Positions 14,228 through 28,429 of a DNA stretch of 64,000 nucleotides are shown piece by piece; position 1 is the stretch's first letter; each line of letters opens with the position of its first letter. Source of the DNA: Eledone cirrhosa (taxonomy: Eukaryota); the NCBI GenBank assembly GCA_964016885.1, contig OZ024750.1:16616001-16680000 (forward strand), written 5' to 3'. Below the pieces are notes generated by a model that worked only from the letters and a program-made list of their open reading frames with translations, was not told the DNA's origin and made no database searches. The translations under genes were made by a program, and so were the position numbers.

Positions 14228-14348
14228 AAATAGAAGTGCCTTGTACAAGACTAGTACTGTTTCATTCTGTGGTGAAATCATCAGGATTTTCCTGATGATT
14301 TCTCAACAGAATGAAACATTACTAGTCCTGTAGATATCACTTCTATTT
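14228..14348. mobile_element. Fold-back PLE-like element, family 2, hammerhead core in both arms
   Basis: Centre ATCATCAGG-ATTTT-CCTGATGAT. Right arm reads CTGATGA-TTTCTCAACAGAAT-GAAAC...CTGTA. Confidence 0.65.
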
Positions 14349-14752
14349 AAAATAATACACACACACATATGCATGCTTGTGTGTATGTGTATGCTTGCGT
14401 GTGTGTGAGAGAGAGAGAGAGTGTGTGTGTGTGAGGGTGGAGGGACGAGAGAAAGTTAGTGGTGCTGAAAGATAAGAGAAGGAGAGAGTGACTGGAAATC
14501 TGATCCTCCTGGATGGTGAGTTTGTGTGTGTTTTGGTCCATTACTTAGCATTTATATTGCATATCAGTGGCAGTGAGAGAATGTCAAATATTGGGGAGTT
14601 AAATAAACATAAACAATACAGACATGTATATGTAAACAATCGCCATCAATAACACACACACACACACACACCTGTATATATATATATATGTGTGTACATG
14701 TATGTATATATATATATATGTATGTATATATATATATATATATATGTGTGTG

Positions 14753-14783
<31 letters not shown>

Positions 14784-14880
14784 GTATTTATACATATGTG
14801 TATATATATATTTATGTGTATATAAGTATGTATATATATGTGTATATATATATGTATATATATATATATGTATATATATA

Positions 14881-15006
14881 GGAAAAAGTATGACCCCGAC
14901 GGCAGAGCTCAAGCCGTTTCGACAGGGTCATACTTTTTCCTATTTCCCACTCTACTACCCTAAGTATTGAGTACTCTGGTGCGTTATGGCCCATCTGGTT
15001 CCTTTG

Positions 15007-15008
<2 letters not shown>
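14881..15008 (+). mobile_element. Fold-back PLE-like element, family 1 (internally deleted)
   Basis: Inverted repeat GGAAAAAGTATGACCC/GGGTCATACTTTTTCC plus tail, inside (TA)n. Confidence 0.7.
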
Positions 15009-15054
<46 letters not shown>

Positions 15055-15058
<4 letters not shown>

Positions 15059-15198
15059 GGCTTCTACATGGACTAGAACTGTTTCATTCTAAGGAAATCA
15101 TCATGTAGAAGCCATTTCTATATTAAACATTCTATATACTCTACTATGTATTGAGTACCTTACTTACTGTGGTTACCTCCGATTGAACATGGGATTCA
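15055..15198 (+). mobile_element. Fold-back PLE-like element, family 2
   Basis: Inverted repeat AAATGGCTTCTACATG/CATGTAGAAGCCATTT plus the tail shared with copies at 29221 and 57005. TA flanks. Confidence 0.7.
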
Positions 15199-15222
15199 TA
15201 TATATATATATATATATATATA

Positions 15223-15664
15223 TACGATATTAAATAAATGGAAACTATATTTATAAAACCATATTTATTTCATTATATATATTTCAGGGATATCATATTA
15301 AAAATATGGTATGCCTTCTTCAGACAAAATACAATATAAACAGTCTTATAAATAGATAGATTTGACATACCTTTCAACTTCAACTTCCATTTAAAATCAA
15401 ATCAACTTTTTAAATGGAAGTTGAAGTTGAAAGGTATGTCAAATCTATCTATTTATAAGACTGTTTATATTGTATTTTGTCTGAAGAAGGCATACCATAT
15501 TTTTAATATGATATCCCTGAAATATATATAATGAAATAAATATGGTTTTATAAATATAGTTTCCATTTATTTAATATCGTAAATATACTCCAAATACTTG
15601 TTGAGTGCTTTTATATCAGTTATAAATATTTACTCGTTGTAACCCAACAATTTAAATAAAACTT

Positions 15665-15668
<4 letters not shown>
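15223..15668 (+). mobile_element. Fold-back PLE-like element, family 4 (about 175-bp near-perfect arms plus tail)
   Basis: 15223-15397 is inverted against about 15408-15581, then a roughly 85-nt tail, TA flanks. Second copy at 25822-26231. Confidence 0.75.
15473..15538 (+). ncRNA. Type I minimal hammerhead ribozyme (mirror copy 15266-15331 on - strand)
   Basis: Stem I TATTTTGT/ATGAAATA, CTGAAGA, stem II AGG..CATATT/AATATG..CCT, GAA, palindromic ATATATAT stem III, AUA site. Confidence 0.75.
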
Positions 15669-15701
<33 letters not shown>

Positions 15702-15877
15702 CAAAAATAATAATGTTGATGTTACATAAATCGTTTAATCATTCTAATTATTTCCACTGTTCTCCGTGCAATCGAGAAGTCCTTCATGCATTTGTTGTTG
15801 TTATGAGAACTAAAAACTACGGATGTTGAGAGCTTTCTCCTGCTTGCTCCTGTTTTTACCAAAACAATCTCTTCGGA

Positions 15878-15944
<67 letters not shown>

Positions 15945-16131
15945 AAAAAGAGTCAGGACCCCCCCCCCCCCGACATCGGCCATTTCGGCAGCTATATGTA
16001 TGTGTGTGCACGTGTGTCTGTATGTATATATATATATATGTATATATATATGATTATATATGTATATATATATGATTATATATATATATATATATGATTA
16101 TATATATATATGTAAATATATATGATTATAT

Positions 16132-16198
<67 letters not shown>

Positions 16199-16671
16199 CA
16201 TATGGGTATATACACATGTTTATAAATATGTATAGTATCTAACTTAGATACAAATAAACACACATAGGATAATATTTATGTAGTATATGTCATATATGGA
16301 TATAGCTTTCAACTAGCCATAACCACGCCTTGGATAACCCTTATTGGCTATGGATATACAATATATATATATACACACACATATACAGTTTATATATACA
16401 GTTTATATATATATATATATATTGTGTGTGTATATATATGTACCTGTAAATAAATAGCAATAACAAAAGAGGGAAACATATTTCAATTTTTTGACACGTG
16501 TATCAAAATATCTCAAATAAACAAGGAAGCATGTATGGGTGATGTGGTGGTGAGAGGTAGTGTTGATAGCAGCTCAAGGTGGTATGTATGGTGAGGTGGT
16601 AGTGATGATAGCAGTCCAAGGTTCAAGCCTCAGTCAGAGAGAGAGAGGAACATTTTTTTTTTTTTCCATCA

Positions 16672-16746
<75 letters not shown>

Positions 16747-16879
16747 CTCTCAACGGATTTTAAAACATTTTTTATAAAAAGAATTTCTCCTCTTTCTGAT
16801 GTTTTTTTTTTTTTTTTTTTTTTTTCGTTTTTTTGAAACTTGGTTTAGTTATTACATGAAATTGAATTCTGCGACACTG

Positions 16880-17620
16880 AATGGTGGTGTTGGTGGTGTT
16901 GGTGGTGTTGGTGTAATGGAGAGGTTGGTGTGGTGGTGGTGGTGGTGGTGGTGGAGATATTGGTGGTTGTAATGGTGGTGTTGGTGGTGGTGATGTTGGT
17001 GGTTGTAATGGTGGTGTTGGTGATGTTGGTGGTGTTGGTGTAATGGAGAGGCTGGTGTGGTGGTGGTGTGGTGGTGGTGGCGGTGATAGTGATGTTGGTG
17101 GTTGTAATGGTGGTGTTGGTGGTGTTGGTGTAATGGAGAGGTTGGTGTGGTGGTGGTGGTGGCGGTGGAGATATTGGTGGTTGTAATGGTGGTGGTGGTG
17201 GCGGTGGTGTAATGGAGAGGTTGGTGTGGTGGTGGTGGTGGTGGAGATATTGGTGGTTGTAATGGTGGTGGTGGTGGCAGCGGTAGTGATATTGGTGGTT
17301 GTAATGGTGGTGGTGGTGGTGTTGGTGTAATGGAGAGGTTGGTGTGGTGGTGGTGGTGGTGGTGGTGGTGGAGATATTGGTGGTTGTAATGGTGGTGGTG
17401 GTGGCGGCGGTAGTGATATTGGTGGTTGTAATGGTGGTGTTGGTGTAATGGAGAGGTTGGTGTGGTGGTGGCGGTGGTAGTGATATTGGTGGTTGTAATG
17501 GTGGTGTTGGTGTAATGGAGAGGTTAGTGTGCTGGTGATGGCGGTGGTAGTGATATTGGTGGTTGTTGGTGTGGTAGTGGTGGCGGTGGTAGTGATATTG
17601 GTGGTTGTAATGGTGGTGGC
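16880..17620. repeat. GGT-based minisatellite
   Basis: Alternating GTAATGGAGAGGTTGGTG and GATATTGGTGGTTGTAAT modules. Confidence 0.9.
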
Positions 17621-18253
17621 GGTGTATAAAGATATGATAGAGGTGGTGGTGGTGTTGGTGGTGGCTCTGTATATAGATATGATTGAGATGCTGATGGTGG
17701 CTGTGTATAGAACTATGATGGAGTGTTGGAATTTGGTGGCGGCGGTGGGGGGGGGGGGCACATTACCACTTCAACCCCTTTTATTAGTTTGGCAAGGTGT
17801 TGATAACGCCTGCGTTCACAGATCACAAAATCTCCCTCTCTTTCTCTTTTTCTCTCTCTCTCTCTCTCTTTCTTCCATATCTCTCGCTTCCTCCCAGTCC
17901 CCCCCCCCCCCTCTCTCTTTAATTTCATTTTTTCTTCCACCTCTCTCTCTTCCCCTCACTATATAAATATGTGTGTGTGTGTGTGTGTCTGCGTGTAATG
18001 TGTTATATTTACTGTATTTCCAACTTTCTTTTTATGAGGCAAGTGAACCCCTTTATCTTCAAAAGTTAAATCTAACACAGATTTCTAGCCCCAGTAAATA
18101 AGCATTCCCCTAATAATTAACGTTACAGGAATATATTCAATAGAAAGAAGTTAACACTCAGCGTGATAAACTTAATCACAATTAATCCAATTAAAAGAAC
18201 CAAGGCGGAACTACAAAATGTAATCAGTCCTGCATAGCTGACGCAACAAATGA

Positions 18254-18421
18254 CCGTATTTCCCGGCGCCGAAGACGCTTCGTCCTCGAGGTCGTACCCT
18301 AATTTTGATAACCAAAAATTTGAAAAAAGATAATAAATAACCTTCGGTCTCCAGAACGCATGGTAGAATTTTGAGACTTATTTTAGGAAAAAAGTAGAGT
18401 CATCGACGCCGGGAAATAGGG
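18254..18421. mobile_element. pogo/Tigger-like MITE
   Basis: TIRs CCGTATTTCCCGGCG/CGCCGGGAAATAGGG, TA on the right side. Confidence 0.7.
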
Positions 18422-18694
18422 TACAAGGTAAATTTCATCTCTGCCAGATCAAATTGAGCATAAATATTATGTTGGCATAGTGGAACGTGTACGCATGGTC
18501 ACGTAATTTTTGATGGAATCGTAAAGATGCTGTATTGACGTTCAGCGTTTCTAGAGCATTTTGTTAAAAACCAGGCGGAACTCATCTCCTCTGCAGGTCT
18601 GAAACATCAGATTTCTTCCAGAGAAGTATAGAGAGTGAAAGAATGGCAGTGAGAAAGTGAAAAAGAGGAAGAATCGACCACCATCACACACAAC

Positions 18695-19335
18695 TAAACA
18701 GTGGTGCGTGGCTCAATTCAGTGCCTTCCTCATAAACCGGTACCCTTCTAGATGACAAGTGCACTAGCATCGGAATGGCTCAACGAACGCCTCAGCCTAC
18801 GCATGTGTGAGACACATAAATGCCAGTGTGGAGTTATCGTCGATATGTTTGGCTTGCACCAACTGTCATGTTGCCAGAGCGCACGCCGGTTCCTCCCCGA
18901 CATGCTACTCTCAACGACATATTGAGAAAGAGCCTGGATGCAGCCGGCTTCCCATCACAACTGGAGCCAGCAGGCCTCAACGGCAGAGACGGCAAGCACC
19001 CCGACGGAATTACTCTGTTCCCATTCGAAGGAGGTAAATACATCATCATGCTGTGATACATTTTCTGCGTCTCCAGCTTAGTTGCTTCAGCAACAAATTC
19101 TGGTACCGTGGCCCGCAATGCACGCAATGCAGATGACAGGAAAACAAGCAAATACTGGGGCTTGTCCGGCCGCTACTGCTTAGCATCGGTCACCGTCAAG
19201 ACCTCAGGCGTCTTAGGACCCCGTACAGCCACGCTCCCCCGTAAACTCGGAACGTCAACAGCCGCGAGGTGGGGGTGGCTATTACAACGGGTGTCTCTGG
19301 GCTACGGAAATGCCTTTGATGTTTTGTCCGCGAGG
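18695..19335 (+). pseudogene. CRE-clade non-LTR retrotransposon, restriction-like endonuclease fragment
   Basis: [43 protein letters not shown] matches the RH..LN...EP.GL...DGKRPDG motif. Continues with frameshifts to KTSKY...TSGVLG...WLLQRVSL. Confidence 0.75.
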
Positions 19336-19841
19336 CGCCGCCGAAAAACGTAGGTGTAGAGTCTGTCACCATCTGCTCCCTCTCACCCTATCTTTCTTCC
19401 GTTGTCTATGCTCTTTCCTCACTTTTCTTCTCATTTATAGCATTTATAGTGCTTTCCTTTACTTTCCTATACAGCAAAATCTGCACCTTTTTACCTTTCC
19501 CCTCTCTTTTTCTTTACTTAATTGTTTTCTAATCCTTTTTTTCTTCTAATATTTCCATAATTGAATAAGTTTTGTTTGTAAAATATATTTAACATAAAAT
19601 GAAAAAAATTATTCAAGACGACAAAAACAAAAAACAAAAAAATAATAATAATTAACTAATCAATAATATGGTGAATTTGTCAAAGTCTGTCGTCACATCA
19701 CTGCGACCTTCTCAATGACACCTCTCCTTTGCACACCATCCGTGATAGTTTCCTTAAATTAAATGTCACCGATTCTCTCTTCTGTCAAATGAATCATCTA
19801 GCTAGGCAGCTGAAGATCGCTCAATATCTATCTATTTATAA

Positions 19842-19881
<40 letters not shown>

Positions 19882-19996
19882 CTCTATCTATCTATCTATC
19901 TATATGTCTGTCCCCCCCCTCTCTCTCTCTATTTATCTATCTATCAATCTATAAAGAAACATCTCTCTCTCGCGTGCTCTCTCTCTCTCTGTCTAC

Positions 19997-20089
<93 letters not shown>

Positions 20090-20169
20090 ACAGAGACATC
20101 TCTCTCTCTCGCTCTCTCTCTGTCTCCCACTCTCTCTCTCTGTCTCCCCCCCCTCTCTCTCTATCCCTC

Positions 20170-20220
<51 letters not shown>

Positions 20221-20920
20221 ATATAACAGCTATTATTGTTGTTGCTGTTTATGTTACAGTCGTTATTATTGTTGCTGTTGTTGCTGTTGTTATTGTTGTT
20301 GCTGTTGTTATTGTTGTTGCTGTTCATGTTACAGTCGTTATTGTTGTTGCTGTTGTTATTGTTGTTGCTGTTCTTACAGATATTGTTGCTGTTGTTATTG
20401 ATAATGTTATTACTATTGTTATTACTGTTGTCAATGTTGTTACCGTTATTGTTACTGTTGTCACACATACACACATCATTTCTCTCGCTTTATCCCCCTT
20501 CCCCTCACATTTTTCTATGTGTTTGTAATGGCTCTATCTCCCCCCCCCTCTCCTTCCATCTCCCAACATTCTCCTCCCTCTCCCACACCACCCAACCCCG
20601 TCACACCTCCCCCACCCACGCCCTTTTACAGTTTTATACAACCCCAGTGTTGAAATATTTATCGTTCATCTCTGCCGCACCACTTCCAATATCTCCATCC
20701 CTTTTCAACACCTCATTGGCGAGAGAGAGAGAGAGAGAGAGAGAGAAAGTGACAGAGTGACGAACACGCACACACACACACACATACACACACATACACA
20801 CACACATATACATACACGCGGCGCGCGCATAGATATATATATATATATATATGAGTAAAAGGTAAACATAAATAACAACTCAAACGGTACAGTATATGGA
20901 AGGAATATATTAGTTTAACG

Positions 20921-20966
<46 letters not shown>

Positions 20967-21510
20967 CCTAAGGGCAGCAGAAACGAACTCCCTCTTGCAC
21001 GAGTGGCCTACCAATACAGACTGGAGATAAAATGTGTAGCAACAACGGCAGTGCCCCAGCATGGCCTCATCCGGAAGGCTGGAACAGGTAAAAGAGTAAA
21101 AGAGTAAAAGAGCATATATATTTATTCAAAATAGGGTGCGCACAGGACAAAGAATAATAAAGAAAAGAAAAGAAAAACGGGCAGTCTCATCTCCTCAGCC
21201 AACCTCTGGAAATCACAACGGTTTCAGTACATTAAGGTCGATACCATTCATCCCAGTGCATATTGGGACATAACAAAACAGGTAGAGACTAGTTATGCCT
21301 TTAGGCAAATTGCACAAATATAGACTGCGCAAGGTTTCAGCCAAAGGGGAGAAATATAGAGAGGAGAGAAATAGTAAAACAGAAGGGAATAAGGACTGTA
21401 ATTCAACGTGTGGACAGAGAAGGGCTTCCAATCTGGGGTTTTCTGTGGGAAGAACTGTAACACTACCTTGGTTGGCTTGAGGTGTGTATTATGTGTTTAT
21501 GGTGCGCGCG

Positions 21511-21566
<56 letters not shown>

Positions 21567-21747
21567 AGATCGAGAGTGTGTGGAAGGGGAAGAAGTGGTG
21601 GTGTTCAGACCACCAGAAACGCACCACCATCGTTATCATACTCCGCCGCACAACTGTTAGGTGACGGATCATTTCACTACTTATGGCTTAACCCCCCTTC
21701 CACCCTCCCGCTCTCTCTCTCAAACACACATATCTATATAATTCATG

Positions 21748-21816
<69 letters not shown>

Positions 21817-21818
<2 letters not shown>

Positions 21819-22004
21819 AACGAGTAGGACCCCGACGGCTGAGCTCAAGCCGTTTCGACGGCTAAATCTGGACTCTAGTCCAGACTCTAGTCAAGATTTA
21901 GCCGTCGAAACGTTCTACCCGTTCCTATTACCCACTCTACTACCCTAAGTATTGAGTACTTTGGTGCGTTATGGTCCACCTGGTTCCTTACCACATTTCC
22001 TCCG

Positions 22005-22006
<2 letters not shown>
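21817..22006 (+). mobile_element. Fold-back PLE-like element, family 1
   Basis: GGAACGAGTAGGACCCCGACGGCTGAGCTCAAGCCGTTTCGACGGCTAA arm, partly deleted return arm, tail, (TA)n on both sides. Confidence 0.75.
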
Positions 22007-22070
<64 letters not shown>

Positions 22071-22913
22071 GTGTATGTATGTATGTGTGTGTGTGTGTGT
22101 GTATGCGTGTGTGTGTATTTGTGCCATGTATTAATAAAACGCTGCTGCCAGCCTACACACACTCAAAGATACACACACAAACACCCACCTATACACAAAT
22201 TCTAAATTTTCCTTCAAGTTTGTGGCCCGGGTGGTATATGAACCTGGGTGGGGTCGGGGAGGGACTAAGTGGGTAGCAGGGTGGATGTGGGGTGATAGTG
22301 GTGTGTGGGAAACTAATGGTAGGCACGTGACATGCCAACTATGCCAGTGAGGTTTAACATTTTAAGATGTGGAATATTTTACACTTAGTACCGAATTAGT
22401 TCTCCTTTCCAACAGGTGCCCTATTTGGTTAAGCCCTTTCACGGCTATACAGTGAGGGAGCTTAACAGTTTCAGTATCGTATTTCCAACGTGTATTTTAA
22501 TTATTGAAGAACTTGGTAAGGATTCACTAGAATAATACTTTGAATTGTAAAGAATTGTAAAGAATGAGAGTAATTTTATAGTAAGACGAGGGAAAAATAA
22601 GACTAGGGTTGGCGTCGACTACTAGGCTAACTTTACCTCATTTTGCGTGGAGAGACACGAAACCTCGTCAAAAAATGACGACATCAACGGATGCGGAAAG
22701 ACCCTTGCCCCCGCGTAGCAGTAATTATGAATCACTACCTCCTTACGGACAACTGACGCTGCACACCAGGTCCTAACACAGAAGAGCCGAACTCCCTACT
22801 ATCATCGCCTCCATTTCTCTCGCCCTCCCTCTCTCTCACAATGGAGAAGGCGTTTTTCCGGAGGATGGAAAGGGAGATTCGCTGGAAGAGTTATTCCATC
22901 TCAAATGGTGTTT

Positions 22914-22947
<34 letters not shown>

Positions 22948-23523
22948 GTTCTTATATAAAATTATATTTAAGTAAGAATCCTTTAAAATAGGTGGTTTTG
23001 TTTCAAAGAAACTGGTGCGGTTTTGGGCGATTTGATAACAATTAGACACCCCAAAGCTAACAAGATTTGAACTCAGAACGTAAAGGGCCATAACTCTATG
23101 CTTGCAAAGCATGATGTCTGATACTCTACCGATACTGCCAATCCAGCTTAATAATTCTTTAACATTTGGCACAAGGCCAGCAATTTGAAAAGGTAGGGGA
23201 AAAGTCGATTAAATCGACTCCAGTGTGTGTGACTGGTACTTTATTTTATCGACCCCGTAAGGATATTAGACAAGGCCAAGATAACCTCGATGGGATTTGA
23301 ACTCAGAACGCAAAGGGCCATAACTCTATGCTGCAAAGCATGGTGTCGATGCTGCCAATCCACCCCTTCACAACAGTTTAATAACGAAATAAATTATTAT
23401 ATTAGCAAATTCTTCCAAATTCTTGATTATTTAGAAAACTATTTTGAAATCAAAGATATTGGAAATATGATAAGGAAACGGTTAAAAGATGTTCCTGGTA
23501 AGGACAACTTTATATTATTTCGT

Positions 23524-23940
23524 TGGATTGGCAGTACCGGTAGAGGGTCGGACGCCATGCTTTGCAGCATAGTTACGTCCCTTTACGATCTGAGTTCAAA
23601 TCCCGCCGAGGTTGACTTTGCCTTTCATCCTTACGGGGTCGATAAAATAAAGTACCAGTAATGCACTGGATAATTGCTGGCCTTGTGCCTAAAGTAGAAA
23701 CAATTATTTCGTTCCTTTAAACATTGTACCTGGTCATCTCATCGTTTTTACAAGGTGGATTGGCAGTACCGGTAGAGGGTCGGACGCCATGCTTTCTAGC
23801 ATAGTTACGTCCCTTTACGATCTGAGTTCAAATCCCGCCGAGGTTGACTTTGCCTTTCATCCTTACGGGGTCGATAAAATAAAGTACCAGTGAGGCACTG
23901 GGTAGTTGCTGGCCTTGTGCCTAAAGTAGAAACAATTATT
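23524..23940 (+). mobile_element. Two tandem near-identical SINE family A copies
   Basis: 23524-23708 and 23754-23940 share the variant GCATAGTTACGTCCCTTTACGATCTG, also seen at 56780-56965. Confidence 0.85.
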
Positions 23941-24151
23941 CTACACCTCACTTAGTTTCTTACCCTTTCTACATCTCCTCTCATCCTTTTACTCTTCCTA
24001 CCACTCCACCCCTCTCTCTCACCCACATACCTTCTCATTAAACTATCTAGCCATTATCCTGCTACCATTAATTATATATGAAGTATTATTTTTAAACTAA
24101 GATCATAGGACAACACATACCCTTAACATAATTCTCAGAGAAATTCCGTGT

Positions 24152-24187
<36 letters not shown>

Positions 24188-24229
24188 TAAATATACATAC
24201 AGTCCGCGCGCGCACACACATACTATATG

Positions 24230-24341
<112 letters not shown>

Positions 24342-24423
24342 GTATGTATATATATATACACATATATACACACACATTATATATATTCATACACACACAG
24401 TATATAGATATAGATATACATAC

Positions 24424-24497
<74 letters not shown>

Positions 24498-24553
24498 CAT
24501 ACACACACACGAGATATATATATATATATATATATGTCTATACATACACACAC

Positions 24554-24610
<57 letters not shown>

Positions 24611-24939
24611 ATTGCCATCTTCAAATCCTCTCTTGGAACTCTTCTCTAAAAAAGGCCTCATCCTCGTCATCATCATCATCACCATCATCATCACCATCAT
24701 CATCACCATCATCATCACTATCATTATACTAATTCGCCATGTTCTCGTTTCCCATCGATGACATCTTCACATCTTTCACCCCCCCCCCCCCCCTCACCCC
24801 CAGCCATTTAAAATTACTTTCAACAGACCCAGATCGTGGTTAAATCAGAGGTTCCAGGCACTGTTTGAGGTTTTAATAAGAAAAACTTGACATTCCACGT
24901 CTTGAGGTCTTTGACGGGGTAGATGGGGCATGAGAGGGG

Positions 24940-24997
<58 letters not shown>

Positions 24998-25096
24998 GAG
25001 GGAGAGAGAGAGTGTGTCATAAAGATATATATACATACATACATACATCCATGTATATATATATATATATACATACATGTACTTATATATATACAC

Positions 25097-25144
<48 letters not shown>

Positions 25145-25165
25145 GTACATATATATATATATATT

Positions 25166-25198
<33 letters not shown>

Positions 25199-25202
25199 GT
25201 AC

Positions 25203-25252
<50 letters not shown>

Positions 25253-25339
25253 ATGCATACATGCATGCATACAGATATTACGTTCACACGGGCACGCATA
25301 TATATATATATATATACACATATATATATATATGCATAC

Positions 25340-25384
<45 letters not shown>

Positions 25385-25522
25385 CATACATATACACAAA
25401 CATATATATACATATATATACATACAGTGTCAGTTAAACAATATGGAAGATTTGTCTTCAAGCAGCAGACGTCCGAAACATGAAAATATTAATAACAAAC
25501 ATATTAGTTAGTAATAATAGTA

Positions 25523-25551
25523 ACTAGCAGAATGGCCCGGCGTTGCTCGGG
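25523..25551 (+). mobile_element. Helentron/HINE-like terminus (related interior fragment near 26280-26520)
   Basis: ACTAGCAGAATGGCCCGGCGTTGCTCGGG: CTAG plus a short hairpin. Downstream CAGA repeat and TGTGTACAGTTTGAAAACAATCG segment. Confidence 0.45.
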
Positions 25552-25821
25552 ATTTGCTCTAGGGTTCTAATATATTTGATATGTATTTATCCTCATCGAG
25601 CCTCGTGAAATAAATGCGTTTGTTTATAATTTGTTATTGTGTATGCAAACATATCTGTGCACGAATATATAATTAAAATAATAGATTAAAGTTTAAGCAA
25701 AGAATCGCTGCTTTCACCCTTAACGGGATCTTCTAAAACTAAAAAAAATCAATCTGTGAACGCAGAAGTAAATATTTCGGAAAACGTTACGCACACTATA
25801 TATATATATATATATATACAC

Positions 25822-26231
25822 TACGATATTAAATAAATGGAAATTATATTTATAAAACCATATTTATTTCATTATATATATTTCAGGGATATCATATTAA
25901 CAATATGTTATGCCTTCTTCAGACAAAATACAATATAGACAGTCTTATAAATAAATAGATTTGACATACCTTTCAACATCGACTTGCATTTGAAAAGTTG
26001 ATTTGGCAGTATTTATTTATAAGACTGTCTATATTGTATTTTGTCTGAAGAAGGCATAACATATTGTTAATATGATATCCCTGAAATATATATAATGAAA
26101 TAAATATGGTTTTATAAATATAATTTCCATTTATTTAATATCGTAAATATACTCCAAATACTTGTTGAGTGCTTTTATATCAGTTATAAATATTTACTCG
26201 TTGTAACCCAACAATTTAAATATAACTTTCC
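25822..26231 (+). mobile_element. Fold-back PLE-like element, family 4, second copy (hammerhead at 26037-26102)
   Basis: Highly similar to 15223-15668, with CTGAAGA...GAAA core intact. Confidence 0.75.
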
Positions 26232-26769
26232 ATATATATATACACTATATATATACATATATACACACACACACATATAGCGACGTCATAATGTCGTAAT
26301 GCAGACAGGCAGACATACAGACAGATGTTATAAGGGCGCAACGTTATATCTATGTATCTATCTAAAAAGAAAGACTAAGAATTATAGAGAGATATCGCTA
26401 AATCGCCTAATGCGGTCCCCAGGGCATTGAAAATTTGAAATCTGTTTTGCTCAAAACACCCACAGGCCCATAAGCATTACATGTGTACAGTTTGAAAACA
26501 ATCGATTGATAACGAGGAACGTTAAGAAAGCAAATAATAATTGTTTCTACTTTAGGCACAAGGCCAGCAATTTGAGGGGAGGTGGGTGGGAGGGAAAGTC
26601 GATTAAATCGACCCCAGTGTATTACTGGTGCTTTATTTTATCGACCCCGTATGGATGAAAGGCAAAGTTAACCTCGGCGGGATTTGAACTCAAAACGTAA
26701 AGGGTCATAACTCCATGCTGCAAAGCATGTTGTCTGACGCTCTACAGATACTGCCAATCCACAGCCATC

Positions 26770-26814
<45 letters not shown>

Positions 26815-27185
26815 TGTTTCTACTTTAGGCACAAGGCCAGCAATTACCCCAGTGCATTACTGGTACTTTATTTTATCGACCCCGTAAGGATGAAAGGCAA
26901 AGTAGGCACAAGGCCAGCAATTTGAGGCGGGTGGGAGGAAAGTCGATTAAATAGACCCCAGTGCGTTACTGGTACTTTATTTTATCGAGCCTGTAAAGAT
27001 GAAAGGCAAAGTCAATTTCGGTAGGATTTGAGCTTAGATCATAAAGGGCCATAACTCTATGCTGCAAAGCATGTAATAATAATTTCATTCATTGGCCACA
27101 GTGGCCGACATATAGGGGTCAATACAAGAACAGGGACAGTGGGGATAATATAATAACAAGAATAATAACAACAACAACAATAATA

Positions 27186-27209
27186 ATGATGATGACGATG
27201 ATGACGGTG

Positions 27210-27241
<32 letters not shown>

Positions 27242-27297
27242 GATGATGATGATGATTGTGATGATTGTGACGACAATGATGACGGTGATGGTGATGG

Positions 27298-27353
<56 letters not shown>

Positions 27354-27405
27354 GTGATGATTGTGACGACAATGATGACGGTGATGGTGATGATGGTGAT
27401 GATGG

Positions 27406-27443
<38 letters not shown>

Positions 27444-27492
27444 GTGATGATTGTGACGACAATGATGACGGTGATGGTGATGATGGTGATGG

Positions 27493-27545
<53 letters not shown>

Positions 27546-27579
27546 GTGATGATTGTGACGACAATGATGACGGTGATGG

Positions 27580-27614
<35 letters not shown>

Positions 27615-28240
27615 GTGACGACAATGATGACGGTGATGATGATGATGGTGATGATGGGGAGGAGGAGGAAGAGGAGGAGGAGGAGGAAGATACGAACTAA
27701 AGTGAAATACTGTTAAAGACAGCAAAGGAGGAGATCTTTGAGATTTATGATTCGTGAGAAAATGTAAAAATGGAGGGAAACAGGATCATTATATATAGGG
27801 GGTGGTGAGGGTGGTGGTAGGAGAATCATCATATATAGGGGGTGGTGAGGGTGGTGGTAGGAGTGGTGGTAGGAGAATCATTATATATAGGTGGTGGTGA
27901 GGGTGGTGGTAGGAGTGGTGGTAGGAGAGTCATTATATATAGGTGGTGGTGGTGGTGGTGGTGGTGGTGGTGGTGGTATCATTATATATAGGGGGTGGTG
28001 GTGGTGGTAGGAGAATCATTATATATAGGTGGTGGTGGTGGTGGTGGTGGTGGTGAGAGGAGTGGTGGTGGTGGTGGTGGTGGTGGTGGTGGTGGTATCA
28101 TTATATATAGGGGGTGGTGGTGGTGGTAGGAGAATCATTATATATAGGTGGTGGTGGTGGTGGTGAGAGGAGTGGTGGTGGTGGTATCATTATATATAGG
28201 GGGTGGTGGTGGTGATGGTGGTATCATTATATATATAGGG
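27186..28240. repeat. (GAT)n compound repeat followed by ATCATTATATATAGG-(GGT)n minisatellite
   Basis: Directly visible tandem units. Confidence 0.9.
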
Positions 28241-28429
28241 CGGTGGATTGGCAGTATTGGTAGAGGGTCGGGCGCCATGCTTTGAAGCATAGAGTTACCT
28301 CCCTTTATGATCTGAGTTCAAATCCCGCCGAGGTTAACTTTGCCTTTCATCCTTACAGGGTCGATAAAATAAAGTACCAGTAATGCACTGGGTATTTGCT
28401 GGCCTTGTGCCAAACGTAGAAACAGTTAT

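Noticed and set aside
14949-14972. Tail hairpin as a SECIS element
   Set aside because: It lacks the AUGA/GA quartet and apical AA, and is too short.
15735-15795. Another hammerhead on the minus strand
   Set aside because: Core reads ATGAAGGA...GAAA with a poor stem I, too degenerate to call.
16772-17761. 329-aa Pro/Thr/His-rich mucin- or extensin-like ORF
   Set aside because: It coincides with a GGT minisatellite, shifts between frames of the repeat and has no splice or signal-peptide support.
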